A DNA stretch of 64,000 bases, taken from positions 30,821,112 to 30,885,111 of the forward strand of contig OZ316891.1 in assembly GCA_973895155.1 (NCBI GenBank). The letters are read 5' to 3'. Positions 11,855 to 22,867 of the stretch are shown here, in pieces (within the stretch, counting starts at the first letter, position 1; every line of letters begins with the position of its first letter). This DNA comes from Marsupella aquatica (Eukaryota; Plantae; Marchantiophyta). The notes under the pieces are model-generated. The model was not told the origin of the DNA. It searched no databases and worked only from the letters and a program-made list of their open reading frames with translations. The translations under genes and the position numbers were made by a program.

Positions 11855-14800
11855 GTGTCTTAAACCAGCTGTTATGTGGAGGTTTTACGCGACCAGAATG
11901 CTCCAGGCCAGGTCGCTACCCCCTCAAACTCGGACATTCCTGCACTAGTGTGCACCTAAAATTGGATAGCATGAATGTGTCAATGCCCTCTAGAAACACA
12001 CAACTGAATCAAAAAAATTGAAATGTTGAGCGAGTTAACCCTATGGGTAGGTGTTGTCTCAAATCAAAAAACCCTACAACCCCCTCGGCTTACTCAAAAA
12101 AAGGATTTCAGTCAGGGTCACGTACAGAAATTTCGCACAGGCTGACGGCCAACAACTAGGAAACACCAGTCTTGAGACGCCCTTTTGCTTTTTTCAATAC
12201 CTGGTCTCACTGTTGAAATCGCAATCTGTAGCTCCAGGTCTCATGAGCTTGGCCGCCCTCCACCCCCCCTCAGCCCCCCACAGACACACTTCAGCTAGTG
12301 CACCGCACCTAACAGGTGCAGACTGATTCTGATGAGGCAATGATGGAGCAATGAGGAAACTTAGCGCGTAGCAGCCACTGGTGTTGGATGTGCGAGAAAC
12401 GGGTAGGTCGGAAATCCCGCTTGGATTGGACATGGATTTGCGCGATGTCCTGGCAGTCCTGCTGAATTCATGAATTTCTAATGAGTCCTGACTGATCCTG
12501 CCTCATCAGCCTGAAGCGCGTCAACGGATGTACGTGGGTCTGCTGAATATGGTCCCCGTGGACCACCACACCTCGATCACCATTGCACTGCTCGTTCTAG
12601 CTTGTCTACTTGTCTAGCCTGCCGCAGCTTTAAATTAGTGGGCTCGGCTTCTTCGTATTATTACAGTCGTCGACAGCTTCGATTTCCAGAGCTTCTGCTG
12701 CACCCCGCATGCCTAATAACAACTACAGTTCAGTCCCTACAAAATCTACAGCACCAATTGAAGGGAGCAGCAGAGTCAGAAGGTGTTGGCGATTTGTCTA
12801 ATACGTGGTGGCTATCGGATCACGAATCATGATAGATGGACAACGGAGCTGCAGAGATGGCTGCCCTCACGTTGTGCGAGTCTCTCTTCTTATTGAGTGA
12901 GATGATTTTGCAGGGCAATCAGCTGCAGAGGTGACAGGATATGTCGAAATTCAAATGGCAAACGTACAGAGATGACACGCGATAGTTATTTCGAATTTCA
13001 AACAGTGGCACGGACAGATTGACTGGAGAAGTGCAGTAGTGCAGTTCCCTTTTCTCGTTTTCTCGTTTTCTCGTTTTCTGTTGGGTTTTTGTTTGTGCCT
13101 CCCGTGTGTAGTACCTTAGTTAGACAAAAGGTTTAGCTGTCCCTTGGGTCATTTAGTTACTCTGCCAGGTGACTGTTCACTCGTGCCCAAGTGATCAGTG
13201 ACCCCCTCTCTGCCCCATGCCCAGAGCATGCCCTATGCACGTCCATTTTGAGCCAATGAAACTAAGTGATGTGTTTTTTTTGCAAATTTCTCACAAATTA
13301 TAAACTATTTTGGAATCAGCTTTTTGCTAGTTGTAGATCTCTTTGTAGGTCTGGTAGATATCTAGGGGAGCTATAGATTGACCATATGATGAACGGACGA
13401 GATGACAAGGAGAACCAACGGTTACTCCAAAATACTTAACATAAGCGGTTGTGTCGGTTGTGTGAGTATACAATAATATGTACAATGAGATCTATGGGAG
13501 TTGACATACAGGCAGCTGTGCTGTCCTCTGGGACTTAGAGGATCAACAAAACAGAAAATAAGAAAATCCGATACAGGATCATGGTAAGAAAATTTAATAT
13601 CAAACTTATCACTCTTGCCTGGTGCTTTTCATTTTCCCGAGATATCTTAACGAGGGCCCTTTGTGAATGACTATGAAATAGTGATTTCCAGAGAGAATTT
13701 TGGGAAAAAAACCACCCTGGCCAGTCTGATGGCAATGGGCTGTGGGAGAAGGGGGGTTTGATTTTTTTTGCCAAATTCCTGCGTGTGAGAGAGGAAGAGG
13801 GAGACCAAAGGAGAGGGGAATTATGCTCTCCAAAATCCCGAAGAAATAAAAAGTAAAACAAGACACAGGGCTTTACATTTTTTATATTACAACAAAATGT
13901 AGGGTGTGAGCACTTTCTGGACTCTTCCTCGACTGATGGACACTTGCCTCTGCATGACACCTGGAAGTACCATTTTCCACTTGTTTCAAAATTAATTAAA
14001 ATAGATTAATTCAAAATGGTTGTCGTAGCTAGGTCAATCTTACAGCCATCTTGTACAGCCTGTACCCTCTCACCGACACAACTACACAAGGGACAGCATG
14101 CACCTGGCCTAGCTGTAACATCTAACATGACTTCCAATACACCCACACACCGTCGTGTCTCGGAGGGCAAATTAAATTAAACCTCAGCCCTCTTGGTAAT
14201 AGATCAGAGTCGATCAGTGATACTCTTGATGCGTCACTCAAATTGATCAAAGGGAGTCACCTCCATGATGATTCCCTGTGATCACTATTTAGTGTAGCTT
14301 TGAGGTAGGTTAGAAATAGACAGAAGTGATAAGGGGGACTCTTGACCAGGCCAAGTCAATTCACACTCTTTCAGTTCTCCTTGTGAACGAACCATACAGT
14401 AGATTGTGTGAGAACATTTCTACCCAGAAAGCTTCGATCATGTGAATCTCATTTCTTTATCACAATAATATCACCATACCTCAATTTGCACCGTCTCTTT
14501 CACTGTGAGAAAGATGAAAGAGCGCAATCGATCATCAGCAGATAAGAAGGTGAACCTATCATGCACTGATGCTGCTTGAGCTTCACAGGAGCGTGGATCA
14601 AGATAGCCGTTCGGAGCTGGGAGTCCGAGTGGAAAGGCCACTGAAGAAAGCTTTGCAGCCAGGCCAAGGTGTGCAAGAGACCTTGAGAGATGTGATGATT
14701 TCCCTGATTCACGGGGTGATGATCATGCGGTGATGGAGGACCAGTGGTGGTGAGTATAAAGTATTGGTATGGTGTGAGGTGGGTCCACTACTCAGAATGC

Positions 14801-16292
14801 CGAGGACAAACAAAAAAGTTATGGTCTCCTGCGAGTTGCCAAATGCCAACGTTGCATGCTCGATTGACTGATTGGAGTGCTTGAGCTGGGGACTCTGGAA
14901 GACCCCAGCTCCCTCCGTCTTCCGTGCAACTGATGAGATATTGTCCTTCCTAGCTTTGCGCGCCATCACTGACTCTATTCCCCAATTTCTTCTGCTCACG
15001 GAGAGGTTCTGTTGTTGTAGTGTAGGAGTTCCTTCCGCACGCGAGATATGGGGGCCGCGTTGTATTGTAGGACGATTTTGTCGTGCTCGGAAAATAATGC
15101 GTGCACTAAAGGAAGGTTATAATTGGGATGATGACCAAGGTTTTTTTCAAGGTTTTAACTTTTTCCAGAGTGGCGAATGCCAAGCGTGTGATTGAGAAGA
15201 TACTCAAAATATTTCTTATATGATTTTGTCTGACCGTCAGATTCCCTAGATTTAAGGATGATCCTTAGATTCTGGGTATGGGGCCTGTGATTAGGTGGGA
15301 CACTGGCAAATGAGACAGACAAATACTAGCAAATTTTTGCCAAAAGTGCCCAAAGCTCTTTGGGGAGGGTGAAATTTGGCAAATTTTGGCCACAGAACAA
15401 AAAAAACTCTGATGATGAGCCTCCTCCATGCCCACAGCAGGCACCTGCAAGGACTCTTGATCTACCAGCCTGCCAGAATATATCCCTCTTGTGGGACACT
15501 CAGCCAATGGTGGACACGTACGATAGTCAATTCATACTTAGATGCACCAGGTTTCTTTTCCAATGATAGGCCATGTCTATTGTTTGTCAATACCAAGGGG
15601 CCTATGACTTCTATGTTCATGGTTATCTAAAACAATTCTGTAAAGGGGTACCTAAAGAATTGAGTGAGAAAAGTTATGCAAAAACTACTTACAGTATATA
15701 TCACTTGCCTTCACTCCATGATTGAAAAGTTGAGCACTAAATTAGGCAAGCATATTTAGCTTGTGGGATATCTCTTTGCACAAAGAATAGAATCTTTACT
15801 TTTAATCTAGGATTAGAGTGACTATGTCACTTTTTGCATGAATGTAAAGTTATGAATCAAATTGCAAATCATTCATTGGCCTATCATTTACCTAAGGTTT
15901 CCATTCATTGCCCTATCATTTGCTTACTATTCACTTTTTATCAATTTTACATTCTATCCTTTGAATTCTGATGGCAATAAGGTACTCCATTTCCCCTCTT
16001 TTATACTTTTTCCACTCATTTAAGTTTAAATACTATTATGTCATCTATTCACATTGTTGGTCTAGCAAAGTAGCGATAGATAACTTAAACAGATCAGACC
16101 ATCAACTTTAGACCAGATTTCATCATATGGTCATCCATATCCTCTACCCTTACAACAACACACTTTCCAAGCCTTGACATTGGGTTGGGTCTCTTGCTTT
16201 GCTCCTGCCCCAACTTGTTCTGCTCCTTGGTGTCATGCCAAGTGTCATAATAGTATTGGTTTAATATTGTGCCATTTACGACATGTCTGATA

Positions 16293-16749
16293 TGTTGAGC
16301 ATAGACGACGATCGCAACGGCAAGCCCATGAACCATCCAACGCACAATAGTCGACACAAGAGATACGTGGTTCACCTCCTTGAGGCTACGTCCACGGGAA
16401 CACACAAGAGAGCTTTACTGAACTCTAAGCCCGTCGGCTATACCGAGTCTCCACAGTGTAAGCTCTCCCTATCTCTCAAGTGGCTCCATAACAATGAGCC
16501 TTGGTTCTACCTCTCCAAGCACACATGCCTCTTATGATATAGTGTGCAACTTAGTTGTACCTAACCACATAGTTGTACCTAATCACGTAGTTGTACCTAA
16601 CCACATAGTTGTACCTAATCACGTAGTTGTACCTAACCACATAGTTGTACCTAATCACGTAGTTGTACCTAACCACGTAGTTGTACCAACCCACGTTGTT
16701 GTACCAACCACGTCATACCTAACCTAGACGTAAGAGTAAATACCCAACA
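16293..16749 (-). repeat. 3' LTR
   Basis: TGTTGAGC...ACCCAACA, matching 22406-22862. Confidence 0.97.
16552..16712. repeat. 18-bp tandem array (9 units) in LTR U3; same array at 22665-22825
   Basis: TAGTTGTACCTAACCACA and TAGTTGTACCTAATCACG alternate, followed by diverged units. Confidence 0.95.
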
Positions 16750-16760
16750 ATCTTCCCCTT
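16750..16760 (-). other. Polypurine tract (PPT)
   Basis: The minus strand reads AAGGGGAAGAT immediately before the 3' LTR TG. Confidence 0.85.
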
Positions 16761-16940
16761 GACTCTGGTCTAGGGGAGAGTAATACTGCCAATGTATATG
16801 ATCCCTCAGCGGGAAGTTCTGGACAGAAACCAAACCGGTTTCCCTCTCTAACTAGAGCAAACCAGAACTAAGCCGTAGCCTAATACATAGGAATGAGGAA
16901 GAGCATATATCAGTAATTACAATGAATGTTTAAGAAAACT

Positions 16941-19900
16941 CTACTTGTGATGCAATTGCAAAACCTGCAATACGTCACGGTGTCTAGAGAAACTCTCCAA
17001 AGGAATCACTTTGGTAAATGCGTCAGTCGGGTTGAGTTTACCATCAATCTTGACTAGCTCAAACAAATTATCAGACACAGCCTGCCTGATAAAATGGTAC
17101 CTGACGTCAATGTGCTTCACTCTGCTGTCCATCACCTGGTTCACAGCAAGGTGGAGCGCACTTTGACTATCACAATGGAGCTTCACATTCCCCTGTGGCA
17201 ATCCCATTTCAGTGATAAGTCTATCCAACCAAATCGCTTCCTTTGCTGCTTCCGCAGTTGCAACATACTCCGCTTCTGTAGTAGACTGAGCAATACACTT
17301 CTGCAAAGTAGACCTCCAACTTATGCATCCACCGCCAAGTGTGAACACGTATCCTGTTGTTGATCTCCTTCGGTCCAAATCTTGTCCATAGTCAGAATCT
17401 ACATAGCCAATCAATGATCTAGCATTCTTTGCATTCGCATCAAATAAAAGACCATGATCCACGGTACCCTTCAAGTACCTGATAATCCACTTCACTGCTT
17501 CCCAGTGTACCTTCCCTGGATTCGACATGTACCTGCTCACCTTGCCCATAGCCATGGCAAGATCAGGTCTAGTGCAAGTCATCAAATACATGAGACTCCC
17601 CACTGCCTTGTCATATGGAACCTTTGACATCAACCCCTTCTCTGTGTCATCCGTAGGACAGAACGCTGATGATAACTTGAAGTGTGGAGCCAACGGGGTA
17701 CTTACTGGCTTGCTATTCTCCATGTTGAACCTTGCAATTACCTTCCTCGCATAACTGCTCTGCGTCAACCATAGCTTGCCAGCCTCCAAGTCCCTAGTGA
17801 TCTCCATACCCAAAATCCTCTTAGCTGGCCCTAAGTCCTTCATCTTAAACTCTGCACTAAGCAGTGCCTTGAGCTTAACAATCTTAGACCTATCCTTGGC
17901 TGCAATTAGCATGTCATCCACATAAAGTACTAAAACAATGAACCCAAAGACAACATTCTTCACCGGTTTCAAATATACACAAGGGTCAAATACACTTCTG
18001 TGAAAACCTTGTGACCGAATCCAATCGTCAAACCGCTTGTTCCACTGTCTTGGTGACTGCTTCAACCCATACAAGGATTTCAGCAATCTGCAAACCAATT
18101 CCTCCTGTCCTATCTTCACAAAACCTAGCGGTTGTCTCATGAAGATCACCTCTTCCAATGTGCCATAGAGGAAAGCTGTGACAACATCCATCTGATCTAG
18201 GAGCAGACCAAACATTACAACAAGTACACACAATAGTCGTATTGTAGAGTACTTAGCAACTGGTGAGAAGACCTCATTGTAATCCACACCTTTCTCTTGT
18301 GTGAATCCCTTTGCTACCAATCTAGCCTTGTAGACCTTCGATCCACCTCCTATGGAATTATCCTTCAGCTTGTAAATCCACTTGCTGTCCACCACTTGCT
18401 GACCCTTAGGCAGCTTAACAAGCTCCCAAGTTTTGTTGTCCTTTAGTGACTGCATCTCCGTTTGCATTGCTGCAGTCCACTTCTGCTTCTCTTTTGAAGC
18501 ACTTGCCTCATGAAATGAAGAAGGTTCTCCTTCTTCCAAAATTAACGCATCACCCTCATCATCAGCTGTAAAATCATCCTCTTGCAGTTGAGATGAATCA
18601 ACCCACTGTCCATACCTTGATGGAGCGCGTACAGTGCGACCAGATGTTCTTCTAGCCGATGACTCCGGTTGATCTGCGTGTGCTGGTACAATTTGAAGCT
18701 CAACAGCATCCACTTGTTGCTCACCAGCATCAACAAACTCCTCTGGTTCCTCTGGCACAGGAACCAGCTCCATAATTGGAGCAACTCCTTCTCTCCGGTC
18801 ATGCACCTCATAACCAATCTCCCCCTCAACGAGATCCGGGATAGGAGATTTTCCTTTGTCAGTACGGGAGACCTGAGTATTCTCCCCCTCCTTCAATAAT
18901 CTGGATTCATTGAAGGAAACATCCCTATTGACAACGAGCTTACAGGCAATAGGATCCCATAGCCTATAGGCTTTCACACCACTCTGGTACCCAAGAAAAA
19001 CACATTTCCTGGAGGTAGGATCCAACTTGGTCCTATTCTGCTTTGGTGTGAGAGCATATGCATCACTTCCAAAAATTACCAAGCCATGATAGTCTGCTTG
19101 CCGCTTATAGCGCATCTCAAACGGCGTTTTGAAATCGATAGCACTAGAAGGAGAAAGATTTACCAAATAAGCTACGGTATTGACAGCTTCTGTCCAAAAT
19201 TCTTGTGGTAAACCTGATTGGCTCAACATACTCCGTGACCGCTCCAACAGTGTCCGATTGAGCCTCTCAGCGACACCATTCTGCTGCGGAGTATAAACTG
19301 TGGTGAGATGGCGAGTTATCCCCTGTTCTGAACAGTACTCTTCAAATTCCATTGAAGTGTACTCCCCGCCGTTGTCTGACCTCAGACTCTTCACCCTTGT
19401 ATCCAAACACTTGATCGTGTTTCCAGTCTGATTCTCCACCTGGGCCTTCCACTTCTTAAAAATGGACAAGACATCAGACTTATGCGTCATGAAATAAATC
19501 CACACAAATCTTGAGTAATCATCAATAAATGATACATAGTACAACTTTCCAGAGTGTGAGGGAGTCGGGGATGGACCCCACACGTCACTATGTATGTACT
19601 CAAGAACCGCTTTGGAACGATGAGTTCCAACACCAAAAGCACGACGATGCTGCTTTCCAAGAATGCAATGCTCACAAAACTCTAATTTACAAGATTGCAA
19701 ATCAGAAATGAGTCCATTCTTCCGTAAGATAGCCAAACCCTTCTCACTCATGTGGCCTAGCCGTGAATGCCACAGTTGAGTCATCTCCTCGTGAGACTTG
19801 GTTACATTGGCCTCTCCGCATACAGTATTGCCCTGTAACACATACAAATTCTTTTGTCTACTCCCCTTCAAAATCACTGTCTCTCCTGACCTGACTTGAA

Positions 19901-20213
19901 GTTCACCATCAATAACGCTCCATTGATGACCATTTGAATCCAACACACCGAGTGAAATCAGATTCTTACGCATGCCAGGTACATACCTGACTCCGGACAC
20001 TGTGCGCACAGCGCCATCAAACATTTGAATCTTCACAAACCCAATTCCCTCAATTTGATAGGAGTGATCATTTCCCATCAGAACTGAACCGTTTGAAATA
20101 GAGTAAGAACTGAAAAACTCACGAATGTAACAAATATGAAAAGAGCAAGCACAATCAAGAATCCACACATCATCTGCTCTCCTAGATGACGTGCACAGGG
20201 CATACCCCCGGCT
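16941..20213 (-). CDS. pol: Copia Pol (protease, GAG-pre-integrase, integrase, RT, RNase H), open frame downstream of the gag UGA
   Basis: Uninterrupted frame containing WILDCACSFH (protease), LWHSRLGH..CEHC, IHSDVWG/RSDNGGEY/PQQNGVAER (integrase), YKARLVAKGF/QMDVVTAFL/LYVDDML (RT) and GYVDSD/TEAEY/CDSQSA/KHIDVRYHF (RNase H). The frame stays open up to the gag stop at 20214-20216; there is no in-frame ATG before the protease motif. Confidence 0.93.
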   Translation of the reverse strand, partial: SRGYALCTSSRRADDVWILDCACSFHICYIREFFSSYSISNGSVLMGNDHSYQIEGIGFVKIQMFDGAVRTVSGVRYVPGMRKNLISLGVLDSNGHQWSVIDGELQVRSGETVILKGSRQKNLYVLQGNTVCGEANVTKSHEEMTQLWHSRLGHMSEKGLAILRKNGLISDLQSCKLEFCEHCILGKQHRRAFGVGTHRSKAVLEYIHSDVWGPSPTPSHSGKLYYVSFIDDYSRFVWIYFMTHKSDVLSIFKKWKAQVENQTGNTIKCLDTRVKSLRSDNGGEYTSMEFEEYCSEQGITRHLTTVYTPQQNGVAERLNRTLLERSRSMLSQSGLPQEFWTEAVNTVAYLVNLSPSSAIDFKTPFEMRYKRQADYHGLVIFGSDAYALTPKQNRTKLDPTSRKCVFLGYQSGVKAYRLWDPIACKLVVNRDVSFNESRLLKEGENTQVSRTDKGKSPIPDLVEGEIGYEVHDRREGVAPIMELVPVPEEPEEFVDAGEQQVDAVELQIVPAHADQPESSARRTSGRTVRAPSRYGQWVDSSQLQEDDFTADDEGDALILEEGEPSSFHEASASKEKQKWTAAMQTEMQSLKDNKTWELVKLPKGQQVVDSKWIYKLKDNSIGGGSKVYKARLVAKGFTQEKGVDYNEVFSPVAKYSTIRLLCVLVVMFGLLLDQMDVVTAFLYGTLEEVIFMRQPLGFVKIGQEELVCRLLKSLYGLKQSPRQWNKRFDDWIRSQGFHRSVFDPCVYLKPVKNVVFGFIVLVLYVDDMLIAAKDRSKIVKLKALLSAEFKMKDLGPAKRILGMEITRDLEAGKLWLTQSSYARKVIARFNMENSKPVSTPLAPHFKLSSAFCPTDDTEKGLMSKVPYDKAVGSLMYLMTCTRPDLAMAMGKVSRYMSNPGKVHWEAVKWIIRYLKGTVDHGLLFDANAKNARSLIGYVDSDYGQDLDRRRSTTGYVFTLGGGCISWRSTLQKCIAQSTTEAEYVATAEAAKEAIWLDRLITEMGLPQGNVKLHCDSQSALHLAVNQVMDSRVKHIDVRYHFIRQAVSDNLFELVKIDGKLNPTDAFTKVIPLESFSRHRDVLQVLQLHHK

Positions 20214-21254
20214 TCATAAAACATACTCATCATTGAGTAAATCAGCTTCTCCATCAGCCCTAGCCACATTTGCCGATGAAGTTTCCGCTGCCTTTCCCTT
20301 ACAGTCTCGCTTGAAGTGTCCAACTTGGTTGCACTTCCAACATGTCACTTGCCTCCTCTGAGGGGATTTACCCTTGGACTTAGATCTGGATTTAGATCTA
20401 AACTGGGTTCTACGGTCCCCAGTTGGTCGCTGCATACCCCTCCCACGGTTAACATTGAGGGCAGCACCAGATGATGAAGGCTGTGATGTGATGTGCATCT
20501 TCTGCTGAAGATCATCACTAAGCAGAGAACTTACCACGTCATTATATGAAATGGTATCCCTATCACGATGCAACAACACTCGTGATAGGGACTGGTAAGA
20601 TGGAGGCAATGAACTAAGAAGCTGCAGAGCCTTCGTCTCATCATTCAAAGTCTCCCCAAGGTTTTCCAAGTCAACGACCATGTCGTTGAAAGCATCCACA
20701 TGGTCTTGCAACTTTGTGTCGGATTCCTTCATCCTGAAACTCATGAGTTTGTAGGAAGTGTAGAGCCGGTTCGATAACTCCTTGCGGTGATACTTGCTCT
20801 GCAATTCCGCAAACAAGGACATGCAATCCTTATGTGCACCCAACTGCTTGATGATGGGAGGCATGAGATAGAGTGTAACACACCACACTCCCTGCTCCTG
20901 CATGCGGTCCCATTGTTTCTCATCAACATCATCTTCACGAGGGCTCAGCAGTTGGCCCATCCCTGACGCATAGAGCACTCCCTTCACCTGCTTCTCCCAT
21001 AGCAAGTAGTCAGAGCGCCCATCATACTTTGTCACTTCATACTTGGGTCCCCCAAGCTTGAAAGTCCCCATCTTCTTCTTTGGCACTACCGTGAGCTCCG
21101 GTAGTAGTACTGCTTCCTCCACCACACGCCGCACCGGTGATGGTATCGGTGTCACATGCTCTTCCTCCTGCTCCTCTCTCTGCCCCTGAAACCGCCGCGG
21201 TGATCCTCGTGCTTCAAGTTCCACGTCTTCGAAAAATTCCTCCGAATCACTCAT
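20214..21254 (-). CDS. gag: Copia Gag (346 aa) with CCHC zinc knuckle
   Basis: KYDGRSDYLLW N-terminal motif, ALQLLSSLPPSY (gag UBN2-type) and CWKCNQVGHFKRDC zinc knuckle; ends at TGA. Confidence 0.92.
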   Translation of the reverse strand: MSDSEEFFEDVELEARGSPRRFQGQREEQEEEHVTPIPSPVRRVVEEAVLLPELTVVPKKKMGTFKLGGPKYEVTKYDGRSDYLLWEKQVKGVLYASGMGQLLSPREDDVDEKQWDRMQEQGVWCVTLYLMPPIIKQLGAHKDCMSLFAELQSKYHRKELSNRLYTSYKLMSFRMKESDTKLQDHVDAFNDMVVDLENLGETLNDETKALQLLSSLPPSYQSLSRVLLHRDRDTISYNDVVSSLLSDDLQQKMHITSQPSSSGAALNVNRGRGMQRPTGDRRTQFRSKSRSKSKGKSPQRRQVTCWKCNQVGHFKRDCKGKAAETSSANVARADGEADLLNDEYVL

Positions 21255-22390
21255 ATGAGAAAATCACAAAAATTATTGTTTTTCACAACTTCTCAAAAAC
21301 TCGAAACTCAACACCGCCGCGTAGCCCACAAAGCTAGGAGTCCAATACTGAAAACCGAAATCAAAATCGAAATTTGACGGAAAAGTTATTCAAATTTCGG
21401 TCGAGGTGGGTAAAACCTTGGGAAACTCCCCCGTTTTGACCACCTCAGGGAATAACCGAAATACCAAGTACAACCCGTTATCGGAATTACGATGTGATTG
21501 GTGCGCCGCGTTGCCAACTTCAATGGCTACGACCTCGCCAAAAAAATAACCAAAAAAGTTACCGTTCGACGGATGAAATCTTTGTCGGACGGTCAAAAAA
21601 TAGCTCTCTGGTTTTTTGGAATATTCTATGACCCTTGTATAGGCCCTGTGGGAATTTTGGAAAAACAATCGAGGGGCTGACACGTGTCCTCGAACCCCCA
21701 AAACCCCCTACAACCCTTCGTCGTCGAAATCTGGTCGCGCGCGCAGAAAATACACACGGCAGAATGTACCCCTCGACACCAAACGCAAGATATCTCACTC
21801 GGGTTTTGACGAAATCAAGATCTAATTTCAGATTTGGAAACTAGACTTTGAGGCGGTGAAGATCGATATAAGAAGCACCCAAAACGAAGAAAGAACGAGG
21901 GAGAAAAAAATTGGTAAAGATGACAGATTTCTCTCAATTGCCATAGCCAATTTCGAATCAGTTTTTCAAAGAGAAAAAATGGTACCTTGTCAACAACGAA
22001 TGTTGATCAATTGCACTTGGTGCCGTCACCAATCCAACAAGGTAATTGATTTTGCTTAGCCTTCCTCTTTGCATCAAAGAGCCAATCCCGGACTCAAAAC
22101 AATCGTCTTGCCTCAATCTCTCCGTTGAGTCAAAACACTTGACGCTTCTCCCTCCGAGTCGATTGTCAACTTTCTTCACAAAATCCAGAATGACGAAAAC
22201 TTAGATCTCTCTGCACCACGAGCTCCGTTCAGCGATTTCTTCACACCGTTAGAAAGCTCTTGCCCCGATCTATCCGTTGAGCCCATAAACTCCAAGTTCC
22301 ATGTGACGGAACTCCGGGAAATCCACCGACACTCAACGCTGGAAAAACCGTAATGAAATCCCGTCACGAACACACGTCACCTCCCAAGCA

Positions 22391-22403
22391 TGCTCTGATA
22401 CCA
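22391..22403 (-). other. Primer binding site for initiator tRNA-Met
   Basis: The minus strand reads TGGTATCAGAGCA 2 nt after the 5' LTR. Confidence 0.92.
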
Positions 22404-22405
22404 AT

Positions 22406-22862
22406 TGTTGAGCATAGACGACGATCGCAACGGCAAGCCCATGAACCATCCAACGCACAATAGTCGACACAAGAGATACGTGGTTCACCTCCTTGAGGCT
22501 ACGTCCACGGGAACACACAAGAGAGCTTTACTGAACTCTAAGCCCGTCGGCTATACCGAGTCTCCACAGTGTAAGCTCTCCCTATCTCTCAAGTGGCTCC
22601 ATAACAATGAGCCTTGGTTCTACCTCTCCAAGCACACATGCCTCTTATGATATAGTGTGCAACTTAGTTGTACCTAACCACATAGTTGTACCTAATCACG
22701 TAGTTGTACCTAACCACATAGTTGTACCTAATCACGTAGTTGTACCTAACCACATAGTTGTACCTAATCACGTAGTTGTACCTAACCACGTAGTTGTACC
22801 AACCCACGTTGTTGTACCAACCACGTCATACCTAACCTAGACGTAAGAGTAAATACCCAACA
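22406..22862 (-). repeat. 5' LTR
   Basis: Matches 16293-16749 and lies next to the PBS. Confidence 0.97.
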
Positions 22863-22867
22863 TGATA

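Larger units (their letters stand above)
16293..22862 (-). mobile_element. Full-length Ty1/copia LTR retrotransposon (Tork/Tnt1-like), recent insertion
   Basis: LTRs at 16293-16749 and 22406-22862, both 457 bp with TG...CA ends and no differences seen by eye. 5-bp TSD TGATA (16288-16292, 22863-22867). PBS and PPT present. Domain order gag-PR-INT-RT-RH. The lineage is inferred from the motifs. Confidence 0.97.

Noticed and set aside
14400-15650. Cluster of 70-107 aa ORFs
   Set aside because: No domain or consistent exon chain could be recognised; possibly decayed TE sequence but unsupported.
16494-16727. VVPNH-repeat ORF (also 22607-22840), or a CRISPR-like reading of the 18-bp array
   Set aside because: This is the translation of the LTR tandem array. 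The units are contiguous without unique spacers, the context is eukaryotic and there are no cas genes.
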